Source of the DNA: Macrostomum lignano
Lineage: Eukaryota
Direction of reading: 5' to 3'
Assembly: GCA_002269645.1 (NCBI GenBank)
Contig: NIVC01004971.1
Coordinates: 1 to 29,798 of the forward strand
Length of the DNA stretch: 29,798 nucleotides
Shown here: positions 1-11,479 of the stretch, in pieces
How the letters are laid out: each line of letters starts with the position of its first letter
Position numbering within the stretch: position 1 is the stretch's first letter
The notes under the pieces: model-generated
Database searches by the model: none
Seen by the model: only the letters and a program-made list of their open reading frames with translations
What the model was told of the DNA's origin: nothing
Made by a program: the position numbers and the translations under genes

Positions 1-725
1 GGATAGTCTAGCTGGTCTAGGGGATAGTCTAGCTGGTCTAGGGATAGTCTAGCTGGTCTAGGGGATAGTCTAGCTGGTCTAGGGGATAGTCTAGCTGGTC
101 TAGGGTAGTCTAGCTGGTCTAGGGGATAGTCTAGCTGGTCTAGGGATAGTCTAGCTGGTCTAGGGATAGTCTAGCTGTCTAGGGATAGTCTAGCTGGTCT
201 AGGGGATAGTCTAGCTGTTAGGGGATAGTCTAGCTGGTCTAGGGATAGTCTAGCTGGTCTAGGGGATAGTCTAGCTGGTCTAGATAGTCTAGCTGGTTAG
301 GATAGTCTAGCTGGTCTAGGGGATAGTCTAGCTGGTCTAGGGATAGTCTAGCTGGTCTAGGGATAGTCTAGCTGGTCTAGGGATAGTCTAGCTGGTCTAG
401 GGGATAGTCTAGCTGGTCTAGCGGATAGTCTAGCTGGTCTAGGGATAGTCTAGCTGGTCTAGGGGATAGTCTAGCTGGTCTAGGGGATAGTCTAGCTGGT
501 CTAGGGATAGTCTAGCTGGTCTAGGGGATAGTCTAGCTGGTCTAGGGGATAGTCTAGCTTATCTGGTAGATAGTCTAGCTTATCCAGTAGACAGTTTAGC
601 TTATCTAGTAGATAGTCTAGCTTATCCAGTAGACAGTTTTGCTTATCTGGTAGATAGTCTAGCTTATCCAGTAGACAGTTTAGCTTATCTGGTAGATAGT
701 CTAGCTAATCCAGTAGAGAGTAGCT
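1..725. repeat. Minisatellite, 20-21 bp unit (gggatagtctagctggtcta), grading at ~546 into a ~42 bp two-subunit variant; truncated by window start
   Basis: Unit read directly and repeated head-to-tail; variant gatagtctagcttatccagtagacagtttagcttatctggta from ~546. Confidence 0.97.
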
Positions 726-1096
726 TGTCTGTCTGATCTCGAAAAGAACTTATAATTTTTACTGTTCATTACTTTAAGAAATTCTGAACTTTCAAAGTGA
801 TGCCATTTTCGCTTTCTTAAATATAAATTTATATTTTTTGATTAAATGCGATTTTGCTTCGATTGCTACTATGAGTAGAGCTTAGCTCGTAGCAACATGG
901 TTTTTAAGTTGAAAAGCGGAGGCTGTTTCCGCAAACTGCAATGCAGAATCGCTCATGCAAAGTACTGGTTAGAACTCGAAGTTTTGTAAGTTTGTAAGTG
1001 TTGTAAAATGGGTGATACGAGCTATAACTTCAAAATACTGTACGCTGTACAACTTGATTCAGCTGAGACAGTCGGGCGACTCAAAGACTACCCATG

Positions 1097-1238
1097 CAGG
1101 ATGACTTAGGCAGATGACTCAGGCAGATGACTCAGGCAGATGACTCAGGCAGATGACTCAGGCAGATGACTCAGGCAGATGACTCAGACAGATGACTCAG
1201 AAAATGACTCAGACGAATGATTCAGACAAATGATTCAA
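1097..1238 (+). repeat. 13 bp tandem repeat (gcagatgactcag) carrying eight perfect TGACTCA (AP-1 type) motifs
   Basis: TGACTCA starts at 1115, 1128, 1141, 1154, 1167, 1180, 1193 and 1205, with degenerate copies on both flanks. Confidence 0.93.
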
Positions 1239-1335
1239 GTGATATGCATTTTTGTATTGAACGGATTTTTGGTGGAGGTGAGATTCGCTCCCATGAGGAA
1301 GGCCCGTCACTGGACAGCCGACTGGGAAGTCTCTC

Positions 1336-1401
1336 ATTGGCCTGCAGAGCCCAATGCAGTTGATCTATATAAAAAAGCAGCACACTGTGCGTGCAGAGTC
1401 A
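1336..1401 (+). promoter_or_regulatory. Candidate Pol II core promoter (ATTGG/CCAAT pair, TATATAAA), possibly for the downstream GPCR
   Basis: attgg 1336-1340, ccaat 1351-1355, tatataaa 1366-1373, tca 1399-1401; donor-like ttg|gtaagc at 1486; acceptor-like ccctgaccgcag at 2873. The link to the GPCR is inference. Confidence 0.35.
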
Positions 1402-2902
1402 TCCCACTCCATTCAAACTGATTACGATGCCCAAGAGCAGTGTTTCCTTTGACCAACAGGTGAACAGAGTCAGCTACTGATATTGGTAAGCACCATTTCT
1501 ATCAAGAGACATTTCATTGCCTAGAAAATAAAAATCGCATGAAAATTAATTCGGGGAATTAGGTATTCTCAAGTGCCTCATCTGTAACCTGAGTATTCGA
1601 CCCTAATTAAAGAGTTCGAGTTCTAGCCCTGACTATGCATGAGCTCCTAGCTGCCTTCGATACTGAATAGCTAGTTAGTTCATTGGCACGCTTGAGTTTG
1701 GGGAGGAGAAAAATCCGCTAAATTTCTATAGCTTGCTAGACCCGACTTCCCACTTCGAGAAGTCGGCACGCAATCGTTCCCCTTGTGGTGCGCTGACCAG
1801 ATGGGGCTCTCCCAGTGAGTTCAAGTAGATTCCTGTCGAATAAATAAGAAAACGTGTAACAGGGAAAGATTATTCATTAGAAAACAGTATTCAAACTCGA
1901 GGCTGTTTTTTGAGCACCCTGGATACTAGCGAATATAAATGGGGTCAAGTTCGAATAGAGGTTGAGAAACGTCTCCCGTCACACAAAATAGGCCTATAGA
2001 TCGTGTTTTGACTAAGGAAGGTAATCAAACTTTAAAGCTGGTTAAATCTTAATTCTACTTTGCTTATGGTTGTACTAATAGTCTGTAGAGTCAGTCTTGC
2101 GTGACACTAGCAGTTTGGCTTTAATTTCATAAGTAAGAAGAGGAAAATTTAAAAAAGCATAACGAAAGCAGTACCAATTTTGGCACCGTTGATTCGCATT
2201 TATTGTTTAAATTATACAAGCTATAGTAGTCGAAATTCTGTAGGAAATGCGCGATTTAGTTTGCATTTCAATGTTAATGTACGAGTATTGCTATCAGTAA
2301 CTGTATAACAATGAGTCCGGGTGAGCATATTTAACGAGTCCGCTAGCTATAAATATGAGGTGGGTTGCCGCGTTGGCCAATGAGCGTCAATAGAGAGGAA
2401 AGTAGTTTTGAGGCTCTCTACGCTAGCTTGGGTGGTGTTAGCCAATGAGCGTTTGAAGAATATTCGTTGTGAGGCTCCCTACGCTCGCTACGTCAAAAAG
2501 CATGCCCTTTGGTCGACACTTGCTTGAAGGCTGTCTACGATATGCCTGAACGGATGCATTCTATTTGAGCAACTAAGTACTTTCCTAGATAAGCTGATGA
2601 TGACTTGGGGTAGCTGAAGCAAGAGTTTTTACTTCTTAACTAATTAGTTAATCAATGTTAAGTTTTAAAGATAAGCGTAGAAACGAGTTCCAATTAGTGT
2701 GGTCTAAATGATCTAAATTATTTCTGTTACAACCTCAGTACTTCCTTCAAACGATATTTTAGCTCGTAATAGAGGATTTTCATTGAAATTGGAAATCTAA
2801 TCTGGAGTGGCATAGTTTAAGCATTTCCTGTCGAGAGATCGATTGGAAGATTATTATCCCACCCTGACCGCAGACATAACCACCCGCAAAGCCAGACACC
2901 AG

Positions 2903-3306
2903 ATGAGCATCAGCGGCAACCTCAGCGACAGTAGCAGCGGCCACTGCGTGACGCTGGCCTACCTGCAGTCTGCCGGATTCGCCCTGCTGACAGCCGGCCT
3001 GGCGCTCATCAATGCCGCCGTCATTCTGGGCAACATCCTCGTCGTACTAGCGGCCTGCACTTCCACTAAGCTGCAGGGCGCCCTCACCAGCACCTTCGTA
3101 GTGAGCCTCGCCGTCAGCGACCTGCTGTTGGGCCTTGGCGTGCTTCCATTCTCCATCACTCACCAGGTGCTGCTGAAGCACTGGGTGTTCAGCTCGTGGT
3201 GGTGCCAGATCTGGCTAGCGCTGGATGTCTGGACTTGCACAGCCTCGATTCTTAATTTGGTGATCATCAGCTTGGATCGGTACATCAGCCTGCGGCATCC
3301 TCTGAA
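2903..3306 (+). CDS. Class A amine GPCR, alpha-adrenergic-like octopamine receptor (OAMB/Oct-alpha1 type), coding exon 1 (TM1-TM3)
   Basis: ATG at 2903; N-L-S sequon; GNILV (TM1), SLAVSDLL (TM2), WCQIWLALDVWTCTASILNL with the amine-binding Asp3.32, DRY; phase-2 donor AA|gtgagt at 3307. Confidence 0.93.
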
Positions 3307-3403
3307 GTGAGTCGCCACTTATCGATTCAATAAATTCAATTCTTCTCTAAGTGTCGGCCAGCAACAAGACCCTGTCCTCTTGTTTCATCATGCATAACCT
3401 GCC

Positions 3404-4020
3404 ATTCACTGAATCCACCCCTTCACTGAATCCGCCTTTTCACAGAATCCGCCCCTGCATCGAATCCGCCCCTTCACAGAATCCGCCCCTTCACAGAATC
3501 CGCCCCTTCACAGAATCCACCCCTTCACAGAATCCGCCCCTGCACAGAATCCGCCCCTTCACAGAATCCGCCCCTTCACAGAATCCGACTCTTCACAGAA
3601 TCCGCCCCTTCACAGAATCCGCCCCTTCACAGAATCCGCCCCTTCACAGAATCCGCCCCTTCACAGAATCCGCCCCTTCACAGAATCCGCCCCTTCACAG
3701 AATCCGCCTCTTCACAGAATCCGCCCCTTCACAGAATCCGACTCTTCACAGAATCCGCCCCTTCACAGAATCCGCCCCTTCACAGAATCCACCCCTTCAC
3801 AGAATCCGCCCCTTCACAGAATCCGCCCCTTCACAGAATCCACCCCTTCACAGAATCCGCCCCTTCACAGAATCCGCCTCTTCACAGAATCCGCCCCTTC
3901 ACAGAATCCGACCCTTCACAGAATCCGCCCCTTCACAGAATCCGACCCTTCACAGAATCCGACCCTTCACAGAATCCAACCCTTTACAGAATCCGCCCCT
4001 TCACAAAATCCGCCCCTTTC
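3404..4020. repeat. 17 bp intronic minisatellite (cacagaatccgcccctt) inside the GPCR intron 3307-4041
   Basis: Direct tandem repetition; it generates the spurious ORF 3351..4082. Confidence 0.97.
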
Positions 4021-4041
4021 GCAAACCACTCCCATTTCCAG

Positions 4042-4954
4042 GTATCCCAACCTCATGGACCGCAAGCGAGCCCGGCTACTAGTGGCCGGAGTCTGGGCCC
4101 TGGCCTGCGCCATCAGCCTGCCGACTCTGCTCAAACTGCTGCTCCAGACAGACGCCGATGAGAACGACAGTCTCCGCCGTTCCACCTGGCTAGAGCAGGA
4201 CAAGCGGACAGCCAACGAATCCGTGGGTGATTGCCTGCAGCTCGGACCCACCTGCACCATAGCGCACAGCACCCCCGGCTACATTGTCTATTCAGCGCTC
4301 GGCTCATTCTTCCTGCCCTTCCTCATCATGACCTATTTCTACGCGCACATCTTCGCCGCGGTGCATCGCACTTTGAAGGCCGGCCGTCGTGGCGCCGCCG
4401 AGAACGGCCAGCTCAGGATTCACCGAGGAGGTGGCGGCGGCGGCGGAGGGACCGCTAGCGGAGGCGGCGGCAGCGGAAGTGGCTGCGGAAGAGGAGAGAC
4501 GCTACTTTCGGCTCCAACAGGAAGCGGCGCCGTACCGCGCCAGGCCTCTTGGACAACGCTGGCAGCGACTGCTGCTACTAGGAGAGCGGCGCAGTTCACC
4601 TCTGGCGGCAGGTACGGCCGGGAGCTGAAGGCCGCCCGCATGCTGGCCATCATCTGCATCACCTTTGTCGGCTGCTGGGCCCCCTTTTTCTCTGTCTACC
4701 TGTATGGCGCCGTGTGCCCGGACTGCATCTCCGCCCTGGCCTTCGACATCTGCTTCTGGCTCGGCTACGTGAACAGCGCGCTGAACCCGCTCATCTACGC
4801 GCTGTTCTCTGCCGACTATCGGCGCGCATTCAAGACGCTGATTTTGCGCAGGCGACGCCGCCAGTACGACACAATCGGGACGCTGGCGAGGCGCGGCCTG
4901 CACGGCATGGGGGCGCTGGCGGGTGCCCGGCGGGACCAGCTAAACCAGGGCTGA
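4042..4954 (+). CDS. Octopamine-receptor-like GPCR, coding exon 2 (ICL2-TM7 and C-tail); spliced product ~438 aa
   Basis: Acceptor ccatttccag|g at 4041 restores HPLK-YPNLM in frame; GYIVYSALGSFF (TM5), LRIHRG, RELKAARMLAII, CWAPFF, FWLGYVNSALNPLIYALFS match OAMB-type motifs as I recall them; stop TGA 4952-4954. Confidence 0.93.
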
Positions 4955-5071
4955 CTTGCTTGAAGTAGTTTTGTTGCTTTTGCAGTTTTGTTTGCCTTGA
5001 CAGGATACAGGGCTCTTGATGCAAGAAGAACTGTTTGCGACTGAAGGTTTAACAATAGAGTGTTTTCCTAG

Positions 5072-5185
5072 TGTCATGAATCCCTTCTTTGGGTGTCATT
5101 AACCCCCTCCTCGGGTTGTGAATCCCCTCCTCGGGTCATGAATCCCCTCCTTGGGTCATGGATCCCCTCCTTAGGTGATGGATCC
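5072..5185. repeat. Short degenerate 20 bp tandem repeat (aatcccctcctcgggtcatg), ~5 copies
   Basis: Direct reading. Confidence 0.8.
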
Positions 5186-5615
5186 TGTTCGATCACTGGA
5201 ATAAGGAGCGTAGTTACATCTAGCGGTATTGAATGTAGATAATTTTTTTCAGTTGGCTAGTATTATTCTGAAACTACAATCAATCCTGTGTCCTGTGTCT
5301 ATTTCCAGCTGTACATGTGCGCCATCCAGTGTTTCTAGAAATTAAAAAATAATGAAACCCTCTTTCGATTGCTGGCAATCAACCCTGGCGCAAGAAATCG
5401 TTGAGACTCAATTTATTTCTTCGAAAATAATGAAATAGTCGCACTCCACGCTGATTGGCTGCGCTGCGGGCAGGTTTTCATCGTATCTCTCAATTTCTAC
5501 CCCTCGAGCGACACCCACCTCACGCCGCGATTCAGAGGCATCGCCGTGGATTTTATGATTGTGGTACAAAGCCAAGAATTCTACATGTACATTATTTTGA
5601 TAATCGGTGTATCTA

Positions 5616-5716
5616 GCACTCATTTTGGCGCTGCAGGCAGGCACTCATTTTGGCGCCGCAGGCACTCATTTTAGAGCCGCAGGCACTCATTTTGGTGCCT
5701 AAGGCGCTATATTTTG
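5616..5716. repeat. ~21 bp tandem repeat (gcactcattttggcgccgcag), ~4-5 copies
   Basis: Direct reading. Confidence 0.85.
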
Positions 5717-5895
5717 ACCCCCTTTAGCAAAACTATTGATTTCCACAACGGGTCACAGACATGTTCCCCTTTAACTATCTTATGATGTCGAAATCTTAGC
5801 ATATCCTTAACTATTCTAATTTTTTATTGCAACAAACTACTGTTAACTCGCAATCATTTTCTTGCATCTCGATCCTAATTTTTTAGGAATCCCTA

Positions 5896-5896
<1 letters not shown>

Positions 5897-5958
<62 letters not shown>

Positions 5959-6063
5959 ATCTTTCTCACGCGCATCCTCATCACCCTCTCACTCCCTCCT
6001 TATCTTTCTCACGCGCATCCTCATCACCCCCCTCTCTCTCTATCTTTCTCACGCGCATCTTCA
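5897..6063 (+). repeat. (CT)n followed by ~3 copies of a 37 bp unit (ctatctttctcacgcgcatcctcatcaccctctctct); left flank of the Crypton
   Basis: Same unit and orientation as 7409-7624. Confidence 0.93.
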
Positions 6064-7400
6064 TTGTTGGAGCTCAGGTCAGCGTTAGGAAGGCGAGGAA
6101 AGCAACCGTTTGGCCTTGGAGACAGAGGATCTAGAAAAGCTGCGCCGCTACTTCCATCGAAGTAGCCCGACTATTTTGCAGCAGGAGGTCTACTATGTAT
6201 TAGCCTTGCAGTTTGGCTTGCGTGGACGCGAACGGTTTCGTAAGCTAACTACGGATTCTATTGAGAGATGCAACATCAATGGGCGACGCGCATTCAGGCT
6301 GGCATCAATGGAAACCAAGACTGTTCGAGGAAGTTTAGAAGAGCGGACCTCAGAAGATAGGAAGCAGAGTGTGATTGTCGAAACCTTTGAAATAGGATGC
6401 CCCTACGAGTGTGTTGAGCTTTACCTGAGCAAGATCGAAGAGGCCAAGAGAAAAGAGGGAGTGTCGAGCTCCGTTGTGTTCATACGTCCCCGAGTACGCG
6501 GCTTTGCAGAGTCGTGGTATTTTGCTAAGCAGGTTGTAGGCGTCAACACTCTTGGGAACATGATGAGTGGCATCTCCAAAGCGGCTAATTTGAGCAAGAT
6601 TTATACTGGCCACTGTCTAAGAGTCACCCTGGCAACCGAGTTGAGTGCAGCTGGAGTGTCCCTGAGGGATATCAGCGCTGTAACGGGACACAAAACTGAA
6701 ACAGCTGCACAAAGGTACATTCGGAACAGCAGAAAGCGTGACGGAGAGATGGCTGGGCTGTCTGTAAGGATCAGTTCCATCGGCGAGGAAAAGAGCGCAA
6801 GGATAGAGAGCCCGCACGACGAGGTGCGTGTGCCGACGCCCGGCTCAGAGGTACCGGCTGATGCCTTGCTACCGGAGACCAGTGCTCAGGCCGATGTGCG
6901 ACAGCAATCATCTACAGCCACGAGGGCTGGAATGGAGATGCAAACGTTGGCTACAGCTATATCGGGCACATTCAACAACTGCCAATTCCACGTGCATATT
7001 TCGAACATGCCTTGATCCGGCGTACAGCTTGGACCGATTTATACTAAATCCGTTGATTGTTTTTTCATATTAAGTTTTTATAATGTTACAACTGCTAAAT
7101 ATAGCATTAAGTAGTTAGCTCAGACGTTGGGTTCGGCCATAGACATTCAAAGCGTGCAACAATCTGGCTTGATTGCTATACCCCTAAAAACCCCTCCAAA
7201 ATGATACAATGAGTGCTGAAGTAATATATATTTGGTGCAGCTCTGGCCTATCATGCCAGTCTGTCTTACTATCGAGCTCTTGGGTTTTTCCTTTAGGGTC
7301 GCAGCCCTTCTATGCACTTCGGCTTTACTGTCGAAGGCTTTACACAGTCTGAGCCATAGACAAAAAGGAAGTGTTAATGCCCAAAAGCTTAAGCCACAAC
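6064..7400 (+). mobile_element. 5'-truncated Crypton (tyrosine-recombinase DNA transposon) fragment
   Basis: Contains the YR ORF plus ~385 bp of 3' region with short hairpins; boundaries are approximate and set by the flanking minisatellites. Confidence 0.72.
6089..7015 (+). CDS. Crypton-type tyrosine recombinase (C-terminal catalytic part; no ATG start)
   Basis: EDLEKLRRYF, FGLRGRE (Arg), ETKT (Lys), YTGHCLR (HxxR), TGHK (His), QRY (Tyr), and C-terminal FNNCQFHV typical of metazoan Crypton/DUF3504-like proteins; frame opens after TAG 6086-6088, which doubles as a possible splice acceptor. Confidence 0.88.
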   Translation, partial: EGEESNRLALETEDLEKLRRYFHRSSPTILQQEVYYVLALQFGLRGRERFRKLTTDSIERCNINGRRAFRLASMETKTVRGSLEERTSEDRKQSVIVETFEIGCPYECVELYLSKIEEAKRKEGVSSSVVFIRPRVRGFAESWYFAKQVVGVNTLGNMMSGISKAANLSKIYTGHCLRVTLATELSAAGVSLRDISAVTGHKTETAAQRYIRNSRKRDGEMAGLSVRISSIGEEKSARIESPHDEVRVPTPGSEVPADALLPETSAQADVRQQSSTATRAGMEMQTLATAISGTFNNCQFHVHISNMP

Positions 7401-7408
7401 ACTCATTA

Positions 7409-7624
7409 CCCCTCTCTCTCTCTCTATCTTTCTCACGCGCATCCTCATCACCCTCTCTCTCTATCTTTCTCACGCGCATCCTCATCACCCTCTCTCTCTA
7501 TCTTTCTCACGCGCATCCTCATCACCCTCTCTCTCTATCTTTCTCACGCGCATCCTCATCACCCTCTCTCTCTATCTTTCTCACGCGCATCCTCATCACC
7601 CTCTCTCTCTATCTTTCTCACGCG
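7409..7624 (+). repeat. 37 bp minisatellite, ~6 copies; right flank of the Crypton
   Basis: Unit spacing of 37 verified (7441 vs 7478). Confidence 0.95.
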
Positions 7625-8329
7625 GATCCCTATAATCCTAAACCTTCCTCAGTCTTACAAGCTCACACAGTTTGGTGAGGTCAACCAGTGCGCACTAGAG
7701 CAGTGCTAATTAATTGAGCGATCGAAAAAATGCCTACACATTTTTAGTTCGAAGTTAGTCTCTCAAATTTGCATTTCATCTTGGCAAAAGTTTTTTTTCG
7801 GTTGGCATTTTGATTGGCCCGAAAAGCTTCAATTTGACCGGCTCCCCCCGTGCGGAAATCCCTGATTCTGGAAGCAATAAATTTGGCGGAAATAACCATC
7901 GCGCGGGCCCTGTCCTGGCCTGATTGGCTAATTTAATTTGCAGAAATTTAGTTTGCACAACCAACTATGATTCCGTTTGGCAAAGGAGCCCAGTTTGATT
8001 GCATGCGCGGGATGAAACATCTAAAAGAAGTGCTAATTTAATTCAAGAAAACAAAGAATTTCCGAAACTGATTAATGCGACTCCGGCAAAATTATAACGC
8101 CAAACTAATTACCCGAGGGTAGTATCCGATATGTTGGGTCATTTTGAGTGACTATTTTACAAGTACAGTACAAGCAATGTATTATGAAAACCGTTGAACA
8201 ACTTATTGATTGAAGAGTTTCACGAATAAAATCTTTTCAAGTCCCTATCATTTTATTTAAATCTGTCGTTGGTTTACCTTTTACCTGAATAAAAAATCTA
8301 CTTCAAATGTATGTATGATCATTCTTTCC

Positions 8330-9135
8330 TTAACCTGCAGTTATTCTACCTCCAATCTGCAGTTATTCTACCTCCAATCTGCCATCATTCTACCTCCAAT
8401 CTGCCGTCATTCTACTTCCACTCTGCCGTCATTCTACCTCCAGTCTGCCGTCATTCTACCTCCAATCTGCCGTCATTCTACCTCCAATCTGCCGTCATTC
8501 TACTTCCACTCTGCCGTCATTCTACCTCCAGTCTGCCGTCATTCTACTTCCACTCTGCCGTCATTCTACCTCCAGTCTGCCGTCATTCTACTTCCACTCT
8601 GCTGTCATTCTACCTCCAGTCTGCCGTCATTCTACTTCCACTCTGCCGTCATTCTACCTCCAGTCTGCCGTCATTCTACCTCCAATCTACCGTCATTCTA
8701 CCTCCAATCTGCAGTTATTCTACCTTTAATATGCATTTGTTCTACCTTTAATATGCAGTTATTCTACCTTCAATCTGCAGTTATTCTACCTCCAATCTGC
8801 AGTTATTCTACCTCCAATCTGCAGTTATTCTACCTCCAATCTGCAGTTATTCTACCTCCAATCTGCAGTTATTCTACCTCCAATCTGCAGTTATTCTACC
8901 TTCAATCTGCAGTTATTCTACCTCCAATCTACCGTCATTCTACCTCCAATTTGCAGTTATTCTACCTCCAATCTGCCGTCATTCTACCTCCAATCTACCG
9001 TCATTCTACCTCCAATCTACCGTCATTCTACCTCCAATCTGCAGTCATTCTACCTCCAATCTACCGTCATTCTACCTCTAATCTGCTGTTATTCTACCTA
9101 CAATCTGCCGTCATTCTACCTCCAATCTGCAGTTA
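8330..9135. repeat. 22 bp minisatellite (ctacctccaatctgc[cgtc/agtt]att)
   Basis: Direct reading; source of ORFs 8311..8751 and 8315..9361. Confidence 0.97.
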
Positions 9136-9654
9136 CTGTGAATCTTCCCAGCTAAGATCTGTGCTGGCTAGACTTTTAGAGAAAATCAGGAGCGGGTCTC
9201 TTCCCAGGGGAGACAGGGAATCAACAGGATCGCTATCCCAATCAGGTTACTACCCTACTCTCCTTCCCCCCGTATCAATTCCCATCGGCTTTGCTCCCAT
9301 GCGTGTGGTCCTGTATCCGAATTCCCATGGGTCTTTTTGGCGAAGACCCATATGCACTTGAGCTACTGTCAGTTATATCTGTGCAATGCAGATGCTAATT
9401 AAGATTTTTACTTGACTGATTTTGTCCCCTACACTAATTGAGGAAGAGGGAGAGAGGGGGACAGAGGGGATGGGCGGAGGGGATCAGAAAGGCCAATTAT
9501 TGAAATTCGCCCGTTCAAATTGCCAATCAGCTACTCTTGGAAAAGGGGGTGAGGGATGAGTTGAGCGTCCAGTCTGTTCGAGTAAATTGTCCCGTCCATG
9601 CCCTCAATCCCCTGGTGCTGCCTCAGACAGCCATGCGGTAGGAGGTTGATGACT

Positions 9655-10247
9655 CTACCGGGGCTGGACATTTTGATAATCTATCGGGGCTGGACATTCT
9701 GATAATCTACCGGGGCTGGACATTTTGATAATCTACCGGGGCTGGACATTCTGATAATCTACCGGGGATGGACATTTTGATAATCTACCGATGATGGACA
9801 TTTTGATAATCTACCGGGGCTGGACATTCTGATAATCTACCGGGGATGGACATTTTGATAATCTACCGGGGATGGACATTTTGATAATCTACCGGGGCTG
9901 GACAGTTTGATAATCAACCGGGGCTGGACAGTTTGATAATCTACCGGGGATGGACATTTTGATAATCTACCGGGGATGGACATTTTGATAATCTACCGGG
10001 GATGGACATTTTGATAATCTACCGGGGCTGGACAGTTTGATAATCTACCGGGGCTGGACAGTTTGATAATCTACCGGGGCTGGACAGTTTGATAATCTAC
10101 CGGGGCTGGACAGTTTGATAATCTACCGGGGCTGGACAGTTTGATAATCTACCGGGGCTGGACAGTTTGATAATCTACCGGGGCTGGACATTTTGATAAT
10201 CTACCGGGGCTGGACAGTTTGATAATCTACCGGGGATGGACATTTTG
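9655..10247. repeat. 26 bp minisatellite, variant A (tctaccggggctggacattttgataa)
   Basis: Direct reading, 26 bp spacing. Confidence 0.97.
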
Positions 10248-11003
10248 AGGGTGGTCTATCGAGAATGGAAATTCTGAAAGTCTATCGGGGATGGACATTC
10301 TGGGAGTCTATCGAGAATGGAAATTCTGAGAGTCTATCGGGGATGGACATTCTGAGAGTCTATCGAGAATGGAAATTCTGAGAGTCTATCGGGGATGGAC
10401 ATTCTGAGAGTCTATCGAGAATGGACATTCTGAGAGTCTATCGGGGATGAACATTCTGAGAGTCTATCGGGGATGGAAATTCTGAGAGTCTATCGGGGAT
10501 GGACATTCTGAGAGTCTATCGGGGATGGACATTCTGAGAGTCTATCGAGAATGGAAATTCTGAGAGTCTATCGAGAATGGACATTCTGAGAGTCTATCGG
10601 GGATGGACATTCTGAGAGTCTATCGAGAATGGAAATTCTGAGAGTCTATCGGGGATGGACATTCTGAGAGTCTATCGAGAATGGACATTCTGAGAGTCTA
10701 TCGGGGATGAACATTCTGAGAGTCTATCGGGGATGGACATTCTGAGAATCTATCGAGAATGGAAATTCTGAGAGTCTATCGGGGATGGACATTCTGAGAG
10801 TCTATCGGGGATGGACATTCTGAGAGTCTATCGAGAATGGAAATTCTGAGAGTCTATCGAGAATGGAAATTCTGAGAGTCTATCGAGAATGGAAATTCTG
10901 AGAGTCTATCGGGAATGGACATTCTGAGAGTCTATCGGGGATGGACATTCTGAGAGTCTATCGGGAATGGACATTCTGAGAGTCTATCGGGAATGGACAT
11001 TTT
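10248..11003. repeat. 26 bp minisatellite, variant B (gagagtctatcggggatggacattct / ...cgagaatggaaattct)
   Basis: Direct reading; related to and contiguous with variant A. Confidence 0.97.
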
Positions 11004-11479
11004 GAAGAACCTATTGTGGAAGCGCTTGGACTTTTATCTCAGACCTCTAGAAACGGAACAACAATCCAGTTTTTTCATTGGTCATCATGCAGCCGTGCAG
11101 CATGCAAATTGTGCAGATTCGGGCCAGTTTGGGATAATGTCCAAGCGCTGCAGACACTTGTTGAACGGCCCACGAGGGGTTCGGAAAGTTGAAAAAGAAG
11201 AAGATCGCGAGGATGCTCAGCCCTCTGCCCCATCTCTCTCTGGCTGAGCAGCGTTGATCAAATCGTCTGTGATTGAATTGTCCGCCATCTAATCCGCCCC
11301 TGGCGCACTTGTGTCCCTCCCTCGCGGCATCTTATTGCCGTGGGCATGAGTTGCTGCTCGACCCTTTAGTCACCCCCGCCACCCCGGCCTCCCCCACCTA
11401 GCCTCAGCCAAGGCGGTCCAGAGCCACAGTCTGGAGTAGCAACTCTCTTCTCTAATCCATAATCAGCACGATTGCAGGA

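Noticed and set aside
1560-1640. MIR-like cctcatctgtaa and B-box-like gttcgag
   Set aside because: Matches too short and not in SINE order
2340-2500. Duplicated ccaatgagcgt...gaggctc.ctacgct blocks as the GPCR promoter
   Set aside because: The TATA-like element lies upstream of the CCAAT copies for plus-strand use; could be a decayed repeat, so no supportable call
3307-3310. Premature stop making the GPCR a pseudogene
   Set aside because: The TGA lies within the gtgagt donor; splicing to 4042 restores the frame
3351-4082. 243-aa ORF
   Set aside because: Translation of the 17-bp intronic minisatellite
7147-7709. Three overlapping 112-148 aa ORFs
   Set aside because: Products of the 37-bp/CT repeat
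8311-9361. 146- and 348-aa ORFs
   Set aside because: Translation of the 22-bp minisatellite
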